A DNA stretch of 64,000 nt from Spirochaetia bacterium (GTDB taxonomy: Bacteria > Spirochaetota > Spirochaetia > SZUA-6 > Bin103), in assembly GCA_965208575.1 (NCBI GenBank), contig CBDBOV010000005.1:320001-384000 (forward strand), given 5' to 3'. The notes beneath the pieces were generated by a model. That model saw only the letters and a program-made list of their open reading frames with translations, was not told the origin of the DNA and did not search any database. The position numbers and the translations under genes are program-made. Positions 9,658 through 19,627 of the stretch are shown here, one piece after another (the first letter of the stretch is position 1; each line of letters starts with the position of its first letter).

Positions 9658-11451
9658 ATGAGGTTTTTCAAAACAGGCCTCGCGATAGTGTGCGGTCTCA
9701 TGCTGACCGCGACCGGCCTCTGGGCCGCTGGCGCAGACGAGGAGGAGCCGGCAGTCTCTGCCGACAGAGAGACGGTGTTCGACCCCGCCACCGGCAAGAC
9801 GTGGACCGCGCCAGAGTATGGCGGGACAATCACGTGGGCACATAAGCGCTTTCCTAAGAGCGCTGACGTGTGGGAGGTTGGTGGCTGGGGGCCTCACTTC
9901 GTCAGTGGCGTTAATGAGAAGCTATCCTTCGCCGACTGGGGACTATCCAGGGAAGAGCACTTTGACCTATACATCATTGTGACCCCAGAGATGACGAGAG
10001 GGAATCTGGCTGAAAGCTGGTCGCAACCCGACGCCACAACGTTCATTTGGAACATCCGCCAGGGCGTTAACTGGGACAATAAGGCGCCGGTGAACGGTCG
10101 GGAGTTCGATGCTCATGACGTCGTATGGAACTATCACCGCTATTTTGGTCTGGGCGATTTCACCGAAGTCGGACCTAGCCCCCAGAGTCGTGGTATTGGT
10201 CAGGGTGTAGAGATCGAATCGGCAAGGGCCACCGACAAATGGACGGTTGAGATTAAACACAAGCCTGCCCCCGGTGTGCTGGGGAAGATGCTCCACAACG
10301 TGTTTTTTGTGTACGCGCCCGAGGTAGTCGAGAAAGACGGCGGCGCTGCGGATTGGCGGAACGTGGTCGGCACCGGGCCCTATCGACTGACTGAGCACGT
10401 CGAGGGCAGCTCGGCAACCTGGGAGAAGAATCCTAACTACTGGGCCTACGACGAAAAATTCCCGCAGAACCGCCTGCCCTATATTGACACGTTAAGGTCC
10501 CTGGTGATACCGGAGAGCTCAGCACGTCTGGCGGCAATGCGCACGGGAAAGATTGATATGCTGAGTAACACCGGCGACGCTTTTATAACGAGTATCGACG
10601 ATGTAGAGAGCCTCCAGAAGACCAACCCTGAAATCGAGGTGTGGCCCCGTTATAGCTGGATAACGGGCCCTTCCATTTTTAACCAGTCTCTGCCGCTCAT
10701 GCAGGACGTCAATGTGCGCAAGGCACTGCAGATGTCAGTGGACCGCGAGACAATTTCTGCTACCTTCTTTAAGGGTTGGGCAGATCCAGCACCTTATGGT
10801 TTGGTACATCAAGGTTCTAAAGGGTGGGCCTGGCCATATGAAGACTGGCCCGAAGAGGTCAGGGCAGGCTATAGGTATGACCCGGCAGGGGCAGAAGCGT
10901 TGCTTGATGCGGCTGGACATCCGCGCGGCTCCGACGGATATAGATTCACGGTCAAGCTAGGCCATTTCGACAGGTACGACCCGGCCTATGCAGAAATCGT
11001 CATCGGGTACTTCGACGCCATTGGCGTTAAAGGCGAGCTTGCTATTCTGACTGACGCTGAGGTGAGACCTCTCAACGCGGCGGACACGCACGAGTTTCAC
11101 TTAATGAATAATGCATATGGGACTTTGTCCCCCTCCTTATATGTACAGAGAATAACACGATTTGGTGATGATGACTACGCCAAAGCGAATGACCCGCGAA
11201 TGGATGCCCTGGTTGCCGCCATGCAAAATCCTACCACCCTGGAGGAGTGGCAGGGCTATTATCGACAGGCCGATGAGATCGCTATAAGGGAGCACTGGGG
11301 CCTAATTAAGTCCAACGCCCCTAAGTTTAGCTTGAGCCAGCCGTGGGTCGAGGGTTATTCCGGTGAATTTGGTATGGGATGGGGTGAACGTAATACCTTC
11401 ATGGCCCGCCTCTGGATTGATAGTGAGCTAAAGGAATCAATGGGTCATTAG
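9658..11451 (+). CDS. ABC substrate-binding protein family 5 (SBP2)
   Basis: Close paralogue of SBP1; AAGGAG RBS before ATG 9658. Confidence 0.95.
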   Translation: MRFFKTGLAIVCGLMLTATGLWAAGADEEEPAVSADRETVFDPATGKTWTAPEYGGTITWAHKRFPKSADVWEVGGWGPHFVSGVNEKLSFADWGLSREEHFDLYIIVTPEMTRGNLAESWSQPDATTFIWNIRQGVNWDNKAPVNGREFDAHDVVWNYHRYFGLGDFTEVGPSPQSRGIGQGVEIESARATDKWTVEIKHKPAPGVLGKMLHNVFFVYAPEVVEKDGGAADWRNVVGTGPYRLTEHVEGSSATWEKNPNYWAYDEKFPQNRLPYIDTLRSLVIPESSARLAAMRTGKIDMLSNTGDAFITSIDDVESLQKTNPEIEVWPRYSWITGPSIFNQSLPLMQDVNVRKALQMSVDRETISATFFKGWADPAPYGLVHQGSKGWAWPYEDWPEEVRAGYRYDPAGAEALLDAAGHPRGSDGYRFTVKLGHFDRYDPAYAEIVIGYFDAIGVKGELAILTDAEVRPLNAADTHEFHLMNNAYGTLSPSLYVQRITRFGDDDYAKANDPRMDALVAAMQNPTTLEEWQGYYRQADEIAIREHWGLIKSNAPKFSLSQPWVEGYSGEFGMGWGERNTFMARLWIDSELKESMGH

Positions 11452-11713
11452 GGGCTTTGAGCAGCCGACAAGACCGCATCCCAGCCGGGGAAGGACCGAC
11501 CTGCAGGGACGTGTCGTGTAGGGCATAAAGCTGAAGTCGTCAGGAGGGATTTGGTCTGGCGCCTGAGCCAGTGAATCTCTGCCTATGGCTTGCGCGCGCC
11601 GCGATTCTACCCGGCCACCCGTTGTGGCTGAGCTTAGGGAAAAAGGGAGCTGGGGGGCCAAGCCCCCCAGTTTTCCCATACTCCTTGAATAATGAGAGGG
11701 GCGCTTTCTCGCT

Positions 11714-11787
11714 GTCATCCCGGACTTGATCCGGGATTCAGGAGTTCTTGGGTAGGTCCCTAGATTCAGGGTGAAGCCCGGAATGAC
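11714..11787. repeat. REP-like palindromic element (GTCAT...ATGAC type)
   Basis: GTCATCCCGGACTTGATCCGGGA...AAGCCCGGAATGAC, inverted ends with internal hairpin. Confidence 0.7.
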
Positions 11788-11900
11788 AAATCAAACTGAT
11801 CACTACTCTTCGCATTAGAACCAGAAATGAAGCTGCCTTGTGTCTACATTCTTGCGAGTCCCGAAAAGTCGGGGCTCGCAATGACAAGGAGGAGTGTGCC

Positions 11901-12911
11901 ATGAGAGCCTATATAATCAGGCGGTTATTGCTGATAATCCCGACCCTGTTTCTATTGAGTATCCTAGTGTTTCTCTCGGTCCGCTTCATCCCCGGCGATG
12001 TAATAGACGTAATGGTGGCTGAGATGGACGGATGGCATGCCGCGGGTGCCGATATAGACCGCGAATCTCTTGAGCGTATGCTGGGATTAGACGTGCCTGT
12101 CTACGTACAGTACGGACGCTGGATAGGAGTGTTGCCTACCCCTGACTGGATTACCAAGGAGTCCCACTTCAACGGTATCCTCCAGGGCACCCTTGGCCAA
12201 TCACTGATTGGCGGCCAACGCCCGATAGAGGAGCAGATACTAGCTAAATTGCCAATAACCATTGAACTTGGCGTCCTGGCAATCGTAATCGGGTTGGTGA
12301 TAGCACTGCCCGTCGGCATCTACTCGGCGATTCGCCAGGATACGGCCACCGACTACGTGGGGCGCACCGCGGCGGTCATCGGCCTGGCAGCGCCTAACTT
12401 CTGGCTGGCAATTATGGTAACGCTCTACCCGGCAATCTGGTGGGGCTGGTCGCCATCGGTAGAGTATATCCCTCTTGTCGAAGACCCGCTGGGGAACCTG
12501 GGGATGTTCATCATTCCTGCTGTGATTCTGGGGACGGCCATGTCTGCCGCCACCATGAGGCTGACACGCACCATGATGCTGGAGGTGCTCAGGCAGGACT
12601 ATATCAGGACAGCCTGGTCCAAGGGTCTCAAGGAGAGGGTAGTTATTGTGAGACACGCCGTCAAGAATGCCCTTATCCCGGTGGTTACCCTGATAGGCCT
12701 GCAGCTGCCTCTGCTGGTAGGTGGCTCCGTTATCATGGAGAACATATTTAACCTGCCGGGGCTAGGTCGACTGTTTCTGGATTCACTCGAAGCCAGAGAC
12801 TACCCGGTGATCCAAGGAGTAAACCTGTTTTTCGCCACCGTAGTTATGCTTATCATTCTACTCATCGACGTGATTTATCCTCATTTAGACCCCAGGGTCC
12901 GCTACAGCTAA
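11901..12911 (+). CDS. DppB/OppB-like permease
   Basis: Near-identical to 5753-6754. Confidence 0.95.
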   Translation: MRAYIIRRLLLIIPTLFLLSILVFLSVRFIPGDVIDVMVAEMDGWHAAGADIDRESLERMLGLDVPVYVQYGRWIGVLPTPDWITKESHFNGILQGTLGQSLIGGQRPIEEQILAKLPITIELGVLAIVIGLVIALPVGIYSAIRQDTATDYVGRTAAVIGLAAPNFWLAIMVTLYPAIWWGWSPSVEYIPLVEDPLGNLGMFIIPAVILGTAMSAATMRLTRTMMLEVLRQDYIRTAWSKGLKERVVIVRHAVKNALIPVVTLIGLQLPLLVGGSVIMENIFNLPGLGRLFLDSLEARDYPVIQGVNLFFATVVMLIILLIDVIYPHLDPRVRYS

Positions 12912-12919
12912 AGGGGCAT

Positions 12920-12971
12920 ATGAGCGACGCCACAGGAATACCATCAGCACAAACTGCGCCAAAGAGACGTT
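12920..12971 (+). pseudogene. 5' stub of DppC-like permease
   Basis: ATGAGCGACGCCACAGGAATACCATCAGCA matches the start of the 6764 gene; similarity is lost after ~17 codons. Confidence 0.85.
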
Positions 12972-13125
12972 GTCCAGCCAGTGCCCGATGATGCCCATCG
13001 CGGTCTCGCCCTCCTGATTGAACACGCCCAGGTCGCGGTAGATCTCGACCAGTCGCCGCACCTCCGCCCGGTGAAGCCGGCCGGCGCGGCGTCCGGCGTG
13101 GGAGCGTCAGGTTGCCTCGACCGAC

Positions 13126-13992
13126 TCAGGCGCCGCCGGCGCCGAAACCACCTCCGCCACCCCGCAGCCGCGGGTCGAGCAGGTCGCGCACGGCATCGCC
13201 AAACATGTTCAGGCTGTAGACCACGATGGTCAGGCACAGGCCCGGCCAGAGCGCCAGCCACGGTCCCTGCTGCATGTACTGGCGGCCTTCCCGGCTCAGC
13301 ATGGCACCCCAGCTCGGAACGTCGGGCGGCAGGCCGAAGCCGAGAAAGCTCAGCGATGCCTCGCTGATGATCACCCCGCCGACGTTGATGCTGAAGACGA
13401 TGATCACCACCGGCATGATGTTGGGTAGGACATGGTGGGTGAACGTCCGCCACTTCGAGGCGCCAATGACCCTGGTCGCCTGGAAATAGGTGTTCTCCTT
13501 GATGTCGATCACGGCGCTTCTGACCAGGCGCGAGCCGCCGATGCCACCCGATATCCCCAGGACCAGTATGAGCTGCGGCACCCCCTTCCCCACGATCGAC
13601 ATGATCGTCAACAACAGCAGCAGTCCCGGGATCGCCATCCAGCCGTCGACGAATCGCTGCACGACCAGATCGAGTTTGCCGCCGAAGAATCCTGACGTGC
13701 CGCCGATCAGCACGGCGACCACGACGTTCACTGCAGTCGCCGACAGACCGACGATCAACGACAGCCGCGCCCCGAAGATGATGCGGCTGAGCACGTCTCG
13801 TCCCAGGTGGTCGGTACCGAGCGGATACGCGGCTGATGAACCGGTCAGGCGGTCTGCCAAGTGTATTTCCAGATACTCATACGGGGCCAGAACGTCGGCA
13901 AAGGCCGCCACCAGAATGAATAGCAGGATCACGATGCCGCCGGCAGCACCGAGTGACTTCTCCCGCCACAGCCTGACGAAGAAAGCAGCCAT
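13126..13992 (-). CDS. DppC/OppC-like permease
   Basis: MAAFFVRLWREK...LGTDHLGRD...GDAVRDLLDPR. Confidence 0.93.
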   Translation of the reverse strand: MAAFFVRLWREKSLGAAGGIVILLFILVAAFADVLAPYEYLEIHLADRLTGSSAAYPLGTDHLGRDVLSRIIFGARLSLIVGLSATAVNVVVAVLIGGTSGFFGGKLDLVVQRFVDGWMAIPGLLLLLTIMSIVGKGVPQLILVLGISGGIGGSRLVRSAVIDIKENTYFQATRVIGASKWRTFTHHVLPNIMPVVIIVFSINVGGVIISEASLSFLGFGLPPDVPSWGAMLSREGRQYMQQGPWLALWPGLCLTIVVYSLNMFGDAVRDLLDPRLRGGGGGFGAGGA

Positions 13993-14003
13993 TCCCGCCC
14001 GTG

Positions 14004-14960
14004 CTATTGGTAACGGACCCGCGGATCCAGGTAGCCGTACACCAGATCGATCATGAGATTGAACCCCACGACCGCCGTGCCAAAGAACAGGTTTACTCCG
14101 GAGACCACCGGGTAGTCTCTGTCGGTAAGCGCGGTCAGCATGAGACGACCCAACCCCGGCAGGTTGAAGATGTTCTCCATGATAACGGAGCCCCCTACCA
14201 GGATCGGTAGCTGCAGGCCTACCAGGGTCACGATCGGAATGAGGGCATTCTTGACGGCGTGGCGCACGACGACCACCCTCTCCTTGAGGCCCTTGGCCCA
14301 GGCCGTCCGGATGTAGTCCTGCCGCAGCACCTCGAGCATCATGGTGCGCGTTATCCGCATGGTCGCCGCGGACAGGTAGGTACCCAGAATCAGGCTGGGA
14401 ATGATGAACACTCCCAGACTCCTCAGAGGATCTTCCGTGAACCGAATCACTTCTATCGCTGGCGACCAGCCCCACCAGATCGCCGGGAAGATCATGACCA
14501 TGGTTCCCAGCCAGAAGTTCGGCGTTGCCAGGCCGATGATGGCGACCGAGCGCCCCACGTAGTCGGCGGCGGTATCCTGCCGAATCGCCGAGTAGATGCC
14601 GATCGGCAAGGCTATCAACAGCCCGATGACGATCGACATGATGCCAAGCTCAATGGTCACCGGCAATCTGCCGAGTATCTTCTCCTCTACCGCCGCCCGG
14701 CCGCCAATCAGTGAGCGGCCAAGGCTGCCGTGCAGGAAGATGTCCCCTACCCAGCGTCCATACTGTACGTAGCCGGGCACGTCCAGCCCCAGCATACGCT
14801 CGAGAGCCTCACGGTCTACGTCGACCAGGAAATCTGCCCTGCCCAACATTGCGTCTATGGCATCGCCCGGGATGAAGCGGACGGAGAAGAAGACAATGAG
14901 GCTCATTACGAACAGGGTGGGGATGACGAGCAGTAACCGCCTGATGACATAGGCCCTCAT
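14004..14960 (-). CDS. DppB/OppB-like permease
   Basis: MRAYVIRRLL...QDYIRTAWAKGL. Confidence 0.95.
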   Translation of the reverse strand: MRAYVIRRLLLVIPTLFVMSLIVFFSVRFIPGDAIDAMLGRADFLVDVDREALERMLGLDVPGYVQYGRWVGDIFLHGSLGRSLIGGRAAVEEKILGRLPVTIELGIMSIVIGLLIALPIGIYSAIRQDTAADYVGRSVAIIGLATPNFWLGTMVMIFPAIWWGWSPAIEVIRFTEDPLRSLGVFIIPSLILGTYLSAATMRITRTMMLEVLRQDYIRTAWAKGLKERVVVVRHAVKNALIPIVTLVGLQLPILVGGSVIMENIFNLPGLGRLMLTALTDRDYPVVSGVNLFFGTAVVGFNLMIDLVYGYLDPRVRYQ

Positions 14961-14991
14961 AGCACAGATGTCCGGCCTTTATTCAATGCAT

Positions 14992-15036
14992 GGAGAGCTG
15001 GGAAGCGGCGCTGTGAAGCGGGCCTCCCAGCTCTCC
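14992..15036 (-). terminator. Intergenic stem-loop
   Basis: GGAGAGCTGGG...CCCAGCTCTCC between SBP3 and permease. Confidence 0.6.
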
Positions 15037-15064
15037 TGAGGTCGGCCACAAGGGGATGAAATCC

Positions 15065-16861
15065 CTAACGACCCATTTCTTCCTTTAGCTGACTGTCAAT
15101 CCAGAGGCGGGAGAACATGGTATAAGTCTCGCCCTTCGCCAGCTCTACCTCACCGTTATAGCCTATGACCCACGGCTGGTAGGCAACAAAAAATGGAAGT
15201 TTCGGACTCCATATCAGCCAGTGATTCGCCATCGCATACATGTCCGCCTCGCTCACCAGCCTCTGCTGCTCCTCAGTGGTCGTAGCTGCCAGTGCAGCGT
15301 CAACGAGAGCGTCCAACTTAGGCCACTGGGTGCCGCCGCGGTTCCACTGGTTGTCCGAGTGATACCAGCTTACCGTCATCTCAGGATCATAGATGGTGCC
15401 GGAAATGGCACTGACCATGCCTTCATAGGTACGCGAGAATAGCCTTTCGTGATACTCGCCGTAGTCGAGTACATCGATCTCGACATCGACGCCGATCTCG
15501 GCCCAGTAGGCAACAGCTATTTCTACGTAGCCCAAATCTGCCCAAGGTCCGTAGTTCAAGACGGTCTTGAATCTGGTGCCGTCGGCGCCGCGCGGATACC
15601 CAGCGTCATCGAGGAGCTTCTCGGCACCTTCCGAGTCGTACCGATAGCCTTCCTTGACCTCTTCCGGCCACTGGTCAAATGGGATGAAATACCCCTTCAC
15701 CCCTACCAGTCCCTGAGGTGTCGGATCTGCCTGACCCTTATGGTACGTGTTGGCAACGGTCTCGAGGTCCAGCGCCATCTGCATCGCCTTGCGCACTCGG
15801 ATGTCGTCAAAGGGCGGCACGCGCACGTTAGCGGCAAAGGCGTCATTCGACCGAAACGGAACCGGGTGCTGCACGATCTCCGGGTTGGTTTGCCGTAGGC
15901 TATCCGACTGGTCGATGCTATTCATTTCACCACCCCCAAGGGGTCTCGCATCGATCTTGCCAGTGATTAATGCCGCCTGAATTGTTGCGTGATCTGCAAA
16001 ATTCAGTACCCTTATCTCGTCCACGTAGGGCAAACGGTTCTCCGGGTACTTTTCGTCATAGCCCCAGTAGTCAGGATTCTTGGTCAAAGTGAACGAGCTG
16101 TCCTCGTCAAGTGCAGTCAGCTCGAACGGTCCGGTGCCAACCAGGTTCTTCCAGTCCTTGACGTCACCGTGTTCTCTGATTACCTCAGGCGGCATGATGA
16201 ACGTGAAGTACTCTTCGAGGATAAGCCGCAGCGCAGGGAGGTGTATCTCGTTCAGCTTCATCACCACCGTCGAATCGTCGGTGGCTGTTATCGACTCGAA
16301 TGGGATGGAGGTGAGTGGGCCAGCGGCATTGAAGGCGCTCGGTCCGGCCTCGGTGAACTCGCCCATGCCCAATATGCGGTGAAAGTTGAATTCGATGTCG
16401 TGTGCAGTGAGCTCGCGACCGTTCATCGGCGCCTTATCATGCCAGCGAACGCCCTTGCGGATGTGGAAGGTATGGGTGAGGCCGTCCGGGGAAATATCCC
16501 ATCTTTCAGCCAGCCTCCCGGTAAAGACAGAAAGAGGGATCGGGCCAGATCTAAAATCCCATTCGTCTCTGTCTATTCCCCAGTCGCCGATACCTAGCTT
16601 CTCTGCGACGAGCTGAACATGGAGTCCGCCCCAGCCAAAGTAGGGGTCAGTATCCGAACCGATTCCAAGTCGTTTACCGATGGTAAGTGTCCCGCCGTAC
16701 TCCGGCGCTACTACGACCTTGCCGGTGGTGGGGTCGGTCACATATTTCTTGTCGGCAGCGGCTGCCGGCTCCTCTTCTGCGCCGGCGGCCCACAGGCCGG
16801 TTGTGGTCAGAACCAGGACCAACACAACCGCGAAGGTCCTTGTGATTCTTGCGATATTCAT
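15065..16861 (-). CDS. ABC substrate-binding protein family 5 (SBP3)
   Basis: TGLWAAGAEEE, PEYGGTL, VGTGPF, NPDYWGYDEKYP. Confidence 0.95.
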   Translation of the reverse strand: MNIARITRTFAVVLVLVLTTTGLWAAGAEEEPAAAADKKYVTDPTTGKVVVAPEYGGTLTIGKRLGIGSDTDPYFGWGGLHVQLVAEKLGIGDWGIDRDEWDFRSGPIPLSVFTGRLAERWDISPDGLTHTFHIRKGVRWHDKAPMNGRELTAHDIEFNFHRILGMGEFTEAGPSAFNAAGPLTSIPFESITATDDSTVVMKLNEIHLPALRLILEEYFTFIMPPEVIREHGDVKDWKNLVGTGPFELTALDEDSSFTLTKNPDYWGYDEKYPENRLPYVDEIRVLNFADHATIQAALITGKIDARPLGGGEMNSIDQSDSLRQTNPEIVQHPVPFRSNDAFAANVRVPPFDDIRVRKAMQMALDLETVANTYHKGQADPTPQGLVGVKGYFIPFDQWPEEVKEGYRYDSEGAEKLLDDAGYPRGADGTRFKTVLNYGPWADLGYVEIAVAYWAEIGVDVEIDVLDYGEYHERLFSRTYEGMVSAISGTIYDPEMTVSWYHSDNQWNRGGTQWPKLDALVDAALAATTTEEQQRLVSEADMYAMANHWLIWSPKLPFFVAYQPWVIGYNGEVELAKGETYTMFSRLWIDSQLKEEMGR

Positions 16862-16882
16862 ACGTAACTCCGTACGTGGATT

Positions 16883-17045
16883 ATTTGAGAGTATTGCGTA
16901 GCGGGCTTGCCGCTTCCTGGCTACTCTCGCGCCCGCAACGCGGGCGGCCAGACAGAGTCGAATTCACCAAAGCGCGCGGCGTGTGACTCAACGGGGGTCA
17001 CGCCGCGCGCGCGTGCGGCTCTTTGAGTATCATTTTGCACCTCCA
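16883..17045 (-). promoter_or_regulatory. Conserved structured leader motif A (copy 2)
   Basis: Reverse complement matches 3651-3820; shorter loop in the long hairpin. Confidence 0.7.
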
Positions 17046-17306
17046 TTTTCTGTAGACCGCTCGGCGGACGTCGGGACCTGCGTCACAACGCCACGCGGGG
17101 TCGTGGTCGGCGAAGCACCGCGTCTGAATAGCCGGCAACGCCGGCGGAGGGTCTTGCCGGGAGTCAGTCGCGGGCGGGGTTCCGGCACGGCTGCGGTCGC
17201 CGCGAAGGGCGCGAAGGGCGCGGGCGGTCCGCATGCCGGTTCGGCGGTGGTGAAGGCGACGGCGTGCGCGGGGTCGCGTACGGGGCGATCAGCCGGAGCG
17301 GTTAGT

Positions 17307-19284
17307 CCCAAGTTTGGGGGCCCGTTCTTGTAAGTACTTTATATCACAAGAATTAGCGTGTTTGTGGGTGTAAATCGTGTCCATGTAAATCGTCCTTGTT
17401 TTCAGCGGTCTTTTTCTCTCATCTAATTGACAGTCAATCATTAAATGATTTACTCTTCCTTCCCGAAGGGTGCCCATGTACATCGACACCGTCCCCAACC
17501 GCAACTCTCCCCCAGCCGTCCTCCTCCGCGAATCCTTCCGCCAGCACGGCAAGGTCCGAAAACGCACCATCGCCAACCTCTCCAAGTGGCCCGATCACCT
17601 CGTCGATGGTTTGCGCGTCCTCCTCAACGGCGGTATCGCTCTCCGCTCTCCCAACGAACTGCTCTCCATCTTGCGCAGCTATCCCCACGGCCACGTCGCC
17701 GCCGTCCTCGGTTCCCTCCGCAAGCTCTCCCTCCATTCCCTCGTCGCTCGTCCCGCCTCCCGGGAGCGCGACCTGGTCGTCGCCATGATCGTCGCTCGCG
17801 TCGTCGACGCACGCTCCAAGCTCGCCACCGCTCGCGGCCTGAACCCCGAAAGCGCCGTCTCCTCCCTCGGCCACCTGCTGCAGTTGGGAGCCGTCGACGA
17901 GAATGAGCTGTACAACGCCATGGACTGGCTACTCGCTCGCCAGCACGGCATCGAAAAGCGCTTGGCCAAGCGCCATCTGCAGGACAACACGCTCATGTTG
18001 TACGACCTGACTTCCAGTTACTTCGAGGGACACACCTGCCCGTTGGCGCGCCGCGGTCACAGCCGCGACGGCAAGCGCGGCACCTTGCAGATCGTGTTCG
18101 GCCTGCTGTGTACCGCCGCCGGCTGCCCCATCGCCGTCGAGGTCTTCGAAGGCTCCACCGGCGATCCCAAGACGGTCGCCGCTCAGGTCGACAAGATTCG
18201 CAACCGTTTCGGCTTGCAGCGCGTCGTGCTGGTCGGCGACCGCGGCATGCTCACCGGCGCGCGCATCCGCGAGGACCTGCAGGGGATCGACGGTCTGCGC
18301 TGGATCACGACCCTGCGGGCGCCCACCATCCGCAAGCTGATCAAGGCCGGTGAAGTGGCGCAGACCATGTTCGACGAGCGTGACCTGGCGGAGATCAGCT
18401 CACCCGAGTTCCCGGGCGAGCGGCTGATCGTGTGCCGCAACCCGATCCTGGCCGAGCAACGGCAGCGCAAGAGGCAGGCGTTGCTGGCCTCCACGGAGGA
18501 GGAACTGACGCCGATCGTGACGGCCACGCAGCGCGCCAAGGAGCCGCTGCGCGGCGCCGGCGCGATCGGCCTGCGGGTGGGCAAGGTGATCAACCACTAC
18601 AAGGTGGGCAAGCATTTCACCACCACCATCACCGACGACTCGTTCTCGTTCGCGCGTGATCTGGACAAGATCGCGGCCGAGGAAGAACTGGACGGGCTCT
18701 ACATCGTGCGCTCCAACGTGGAGCCGGAGCTGTTCGACGCCGAGCAGACGGTGACGGCGTACAAGGACCTGGCCAAGGTGGAACGTGCGTTCCGCAGCAT
18801 GAAGACGGTGGATCTGAAGGTGCGACCGATCTATCACCGCAGCGCAGACCGGGTGCGGGCGCACGTGTTCCTGTGCATGCTGGCCTACTACGTGGAGTGG
18901 CACATGCGCAGGAAGCTGGCGCCGGTGCTGTTCGACGACCACGATCCCGCAGCTGGCGAGCAGTTGCGCGAGTCGGTGGTGCAACCGGCGCAACGGTCAC
19001 CGGCGGCACACCGGAAGGCGGCGAGCAAGCGCACCGACGACGGTCTGCCGGTGCACAGCTTTCGCGGCCTGATGAGCGAGTTGGGGACGCTGACGGCCAA
19101 CCGCGTGCGGATGGTGGACAGCGGCGCCACGTTCACCATGCACAGCGAACCGACCGCGCTGCAGCAGCGCTGTTTCGATCTCCTGGAGGTCAGCGCCCAA
19201 GTGTAGCCAGTAACGGACATCGGCTGTTGAGCGCAATTCTCAGATCAATAACGAATTAACAAAATCCCCGCTCTGGAACTTCGG
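17307..19284 (+). mobile_element. IS1634-family insertion sequence
   Basis: Ends CCCAAGTT...AACTTCGG (7/8 inverted match); 6-bp direct repeat GTTAGT at 17301-17306 and 19285-19290. Confidence 0.9.
17476..19206 (+). CDS. IS1634-family DDE transposase
   Basis: MYIDTVPNRNSPPAVLLRES, YDLTSSYFEG, VGDRGM, YKDLAKVERAFRSMK, RPIYH. Confidence 0.95.
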   Translation: MYIDTVPNRNSPPAVLLRESFRQHGKVRKRTIANLSKWPDHLVDGLRVLLNGGIALRSPNELLSILRSYPHGHVAAVLGSLRKLSLHSLVARPASRERDLVVAMIVARVVDARSKLATARGLNPESAVSSLGHLLQLGAVDENELYNAMDWLLARQHGIEKRLAKRHLQDNTLMLYDLTSSYFEGHTCPLARRGHSRDGKRGTLQIVFGLLCTAAGCPIAVEVFEGSTGDPKTVAAQVDKIRNRFGLQRVVLVGDRGMLTGARIREDLQGIDGLRWITTLRAPTIRKLIKAGEVAQTMFDERDLAEISSPEFPGERLIVCRNPILAEQRQRKRQALLASTEEELTPIVTATQRAKEPLRGAGAIGLRVGKVINHYKVGKHFTTTITDDSFSFARDLDKIAAEEELDGLYIVRSNVEPELFDAEQTVTAYKDLAKVERAFRSMKTVDLKVRPIYHRSADRVRAHVFLCMLAYYVEWHMRRKLAPVLFDDHDPAAGEQLRESVVQPAQRSPAAHRKAASKRTDDGLPVHSFRGLMSELGTLTANRVRMVDSGATFTMHSEPTALQQRCFDLLEVSAQV

Positions 19285-19419
19285 GTTAGTTGTTTCTCGG
19301 TTCGAAAAGCTGGGGGGGGGGTAGACAGACGTATCGCCGGCCGCTTCAAGGCTAACCAGTAGCTGCGCGGGTACGTATCGTCATGCATCGTGCGCATCGG
19401 TCGCGATCCCAAGGTGGTG

Positions 19420-19448
19420 ACGTTAGCCGAATCGGCAACAGCCGTCAA
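19420..19448 (-). promoter_or_regulatory. sigma70-type promoter of SBP3 leader (separated from the gene by the IS)
   Basis: TTGACG-N17-TAACGT on the minus strand, followed by uORF MRTMH... from 19397. Confidence 0.7.
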
Positions 19449-19581
19449 GCGCGCGAGTCGCCATGGTCGCCATGCACCATTCCTATCGGTTCCTCCCCTC
19501 GGGCGCCACCCACCCGCTCGACTGATTGTGGACCGTCGCCGCAATGGGTTCCTTGTACCACCGGCCTGCCCGGCGCAGCAT

Positions 19582-19627
19582 TTGGCGCAAGATTGGCGCA
19601 AGCCGTGGCGCAAGATTGGCGCAAGCC
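19582..19627. repeat. Short tandem repeat, TGGCGCAAG core x4
   Basis: ttggcgcaagattggcgcaagccgtggcgcaagattggcgcaagcc just past the Fic stop. Confidence 0.85.

Noticed and set aside
12972-13120. Possible gene fragment (RAEVRRLVEIYRDLGVFNQEGETAMGIIGHWLD) on the minus strand
   Set aside because: Looks coding but has no start or recognisable family; not annotated
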